Below, in pieces: positions 30,001-32,000 of a stretch of 32,000 nucleotides of DNA. The DNA is taken from assembly GCF_014078525.1 (NCBI RefSeq), contig NZ_MU078694.1:357885-389884 (forward strand), in the 5' to 3' direction. The notes under the pieces were generated by a model. It made no database searches and was not told the origin of the DNA. It worked only from the letters and a program-made list of their open reading frames with translations. Within the stretch, counting starts at the first letter, position 1. Each line of letters begins with the position of its first letter. Both the position numbers and the translations under genes were made by a program. The DNA is from Nitrosopumilus sp. b3. GTDB taxonomy: Archaea > Thermoproteota > Nitrososphaeria > Nitrososphaerales > Nitrosopumilaceae.

Positions 30001-32000
30001 TTACTCTTTGTCGATAAATTCGTTGACACTTGGTGGTTCTGGTGCAAGTCCTTTTCGCTTTCTAATATCAGCAACTGCTGGTCCTAACATTGATTTTGGC
30101 ACTTCAGTCCATTCCTTAAACGAAGTATTCCATGTTGCACGTCCTGCCGTCTGACCTCTCATTTCTTCAGATAGTGTAAATGTCTCAGAAGCTGGAATTT
30201 CACCAGTGATGATACTGGAGGCACCTTTTTGGGACATGTCAAGTACTTTACCTCTCTTTCCAGAAAGAACTGTTGCTACGTTTCCAACTAAATCAGTTGG
30301 TACACGAACTTCAATAGCTAAAGTTGGCTCTAAAACTGCAGTTCCTGCAGTTAACAATGCACCCATACATGCTCTACGAGAAGCAGGACCTAATTGAGAG
30401 AGTCCTCTGTGTGCAGTGTCTTCGTGAGGAACAAAGTGAGTAAAGATAAACTTGCAATCCCTCATCTGCTCTTTACATAGAGGTCCCTCTTTCATCACTT
30501 CTTCAAATCCAGAATTAATTGAATCAGTAGATTCTTGTACAAATTGTACACCCTTTGTTCCATTAATCAAAACATTTCCTCGAGAATCAAATTTCATTAC
30601 TCTCTTAATTGTATCAGTGTCCCATCCAGCTTTCTTCAATAGCTCTGCAACCACTTTCTTGTCTTTCATGTCACTGATTTCACCAGTTCTTAACATGTGT
30701 GCAATTTCAGGCTCTAGCGGTTCTACTTTCATGAAAATTTTATTGTGTCTATTTGGAGATTTTGCCATGATTGGTTCGCAACCAGCCTTTACAGTTTCTC
30801 TATAGTTAATCAAAGGTTCAGATGTAACAATTTCACATTTTGCATCTTGGATTCTATGTGTAGCAACATCAAGATGTAAAACTCCCATACCTGCAACAAT
30901 CGTTTCGCCACTTTCCTCATCAATTTTTACAATAAGATTAGGATCTTCAATTGTTAGTTGCTTGAGAATTTCAACAAGTTTAGGTAAATCTTTAGGATGT
31001 TTAGGTTCTATTGCGATTTGAACAACAGGTTCTGAAACATAGTGTACTCCTTCAAACATTGGGATGTCTTTAACAGAAGACAAAGTATTTCCTGCTCTAG
31101 CTTCAGTAAGTCCAAGTAATGCAGGAATGTTTCCAGCTCCTAATTCTCCTACTTGCTCTCTTTGGTTGCCCATAAAGAAATTTACAGATTGTATACGTCC
31201 CTCTCTCTTTGCATCAATAATGTTAATTGTTTGGCCATCTTTGACTTTGCCTGAAAATAATCTACCAATCGCTACAGGTCCCGCTGCAGGATCTAAAACC
31301 ATGTTTACAATCATCATAATGGTTGGGCCCTCATCGCTACATGCAAGCAATGCTTTTCCAACATCAGAATCTAAATCACCCTTCCAAATTTGTGGAATTC
31401 TATACTTTACTGCTTCATGGGGTGCTGGATGATGTTTTACTACCATTCCAAGTACAGCATCAGCTAGGGGTGCTTTTTCAACTAATTCAGCAACTTTTTC
31501 ATTTTCATATGCATCAATTACATCTTTAAATGAAATTCCACGCTCTTTCATCAAATCAAGGTTAATTGCCCACCTATCCTTTGCAGAACCAAATGTCACA
31601 CTAGCATCCTGAATGGATACTTTCCATTTTTCCTTGTATTCAGGTTCAGCGTATGTATCAATTAATTGGTTAAAGTTCGATACAACATCTGCTAATTGCT
31701 GTTGCATTTTTTCAGGAGTTAATCTTAGTTCTTTGATTAGTCTATCAACTTTATTGATAAACAAAACTGGTTTTACACGTTCTTCCAGAGCCATTCTAGT
31801 TACAGTTTCAGTTTGAGTCATTATACCTTCAACTGCATCACATACTACAACTGCCCCATCAATTGCTCTAAGACTTCGAATAACCCTTCCACTAAAGTCT
31901 ACGTGTCCAGGAGTATCAATCATGTTAATGACATATTCTTTATCATTTTTTGTAAAGTGTAAAGTAACGTTAGCTTGATAAATTGTAATTCCTCTTGCTT
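30001..32000 (-). CDS. fusA: Translation elongation factor 2 (aEF-2), 5' end beyond the window
   Basis: 'DTPGHVDF', 'NKVDR' and the diphthamide-site region 'HEDTAHRGLSQL' are present. The frame stays open upstream of the track's Met (31923) to the window edge (...ARGITIYQANVTLHFTKNDKEYVINMIDTPGH), so the gene is truncated by the window. Confidence 0.95.
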   Translation of the reverse strand, partial: ARGITIYQANVTLHFTKNDKEYVINMIDTPGHVDFSGRVIRSLRAIDGAVVVCDAVEGIMTQTETVTRMALEERVKPVLFINKVDRLIKELRLTPEKMQQQLADVVSNFNQLIDTYAEPEYKEKWKVSIQDASVTFGSAKDRWAINLDLMKERGISFKDVIDAYENEKVAELVEKAPLADAVLGMVVKHHPAPHEAVKYRIPQIWKGDLDSDVGKALLACSDEGPTIMMIVNMVLDPAAGPVAIGRLFSGKVKDGQTINIIDAKREGRIQSVNFFMGNQREQVGELGAGNIPALLGLTEARAGNTLSSVKDIPMFEGVHYVSEPVVQIAIEPKHPKDLPKLVEILKQLTIEDPNLIVKIDEESGETIVAGMGVLHLDVATHRIQDAKCEIVTSEPLINYRETVKAGCEPIMAKSPNRHNKIFMKVEPLEPEIAHMLRTGEISDMKDKKVVAELLKKAGWDTDTIKRVMKFDSRGNVLINGTKGVQFVQESTDSINSGFEEVMKEGPLCKEQMRDCKFIFTHFVPHEDTAHRGLSQLGPASRRACMGALLTAGTAVLEPTLAIEVRVPTDLVGNVATVLSGKRGKVLDMSQKGASSIITGEIPASETFTLSEEMRGQTAGRATWNTSFKEWTEVPKSMLGPAVADIRKRKGLAPEPPSVNEFIDKE

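Noticed and set aside
30206-31816. Plus-strand ORFs of 63-122 aa inside the aEF-2 gene
   Set aside because: They are antisense shadows of a highly conserved gene, whose relatively G+C-rich codons keep the opposite strand open.

Overview
This is a compact, AT-rich archaeal chromosome segment. Gene content suggests a Nitrosopumilus-type (ammonia-oxidising) thaumarchaeon: archaeal PurP, aEF-2, TatAC, a REC plus Cys-rich 'TackOD1-like' regulator, and pervasive 4-8 nt start/stop overlaps. That assignment is an inference. From 0.1 to 13.3 kb the genes are housekeeping: a PPOX-like flavoprotein, an ArsR-family regulator, purC, DUF427, the translationally coupled purF-purL-purQ, purS, tatC-tatA, an SRPBCC protein, ubiX and purP. 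From 30.0 to 32.0 kb lies aEF-2, whose 5' end is outside the window. In between (13.4-29.9 kb) are about 32 short genes, most without a recognisable domain. The recognisable ones are a bifunctional-nuclease-domain protein, a CBS-TrkH fusion, an O-methyltransferase, a 479-aa coiled-coil protein, two paralogous wHTH proteins, a DUF5615/PIN-like protein, a response-regulator-like protein, a secreted 3D-domain protein and a 2H phosphoesterase. I found no rRNA, tRNA, CRISPR array, transposase, integrase or recognisable defence gene. Several probable genes fall below the 60-aa cut-off of the ORF track and were found by hand translation. They include two paralogous ~50-aa ribbon-helix-helix proteins and three micro-ORFs chained by ATGA overlaps. 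Items most worth a second look: (1) the 25.3-29.3 kb module. It holds a receiver domain lacking its phospho-acceptor Asp fused to zinc ribbons, three ATGA-coupled microproteins, a secreted MltA/3D-like protein, and a frameshift-split gene carrying the same 'IPxW...W..GKISD' module. (2) An A-AAA-AAG slippery heptamer directly before the stop codon of that split gene. (3) A roughly 110-nt, ~50% G+C structured island with TATA-like and oligo-T flanks, a candidate novel ncRNA. (4) The two mini-RHH-led two-gene cassettes. All functional calls come from my own motif recognition without database searches.
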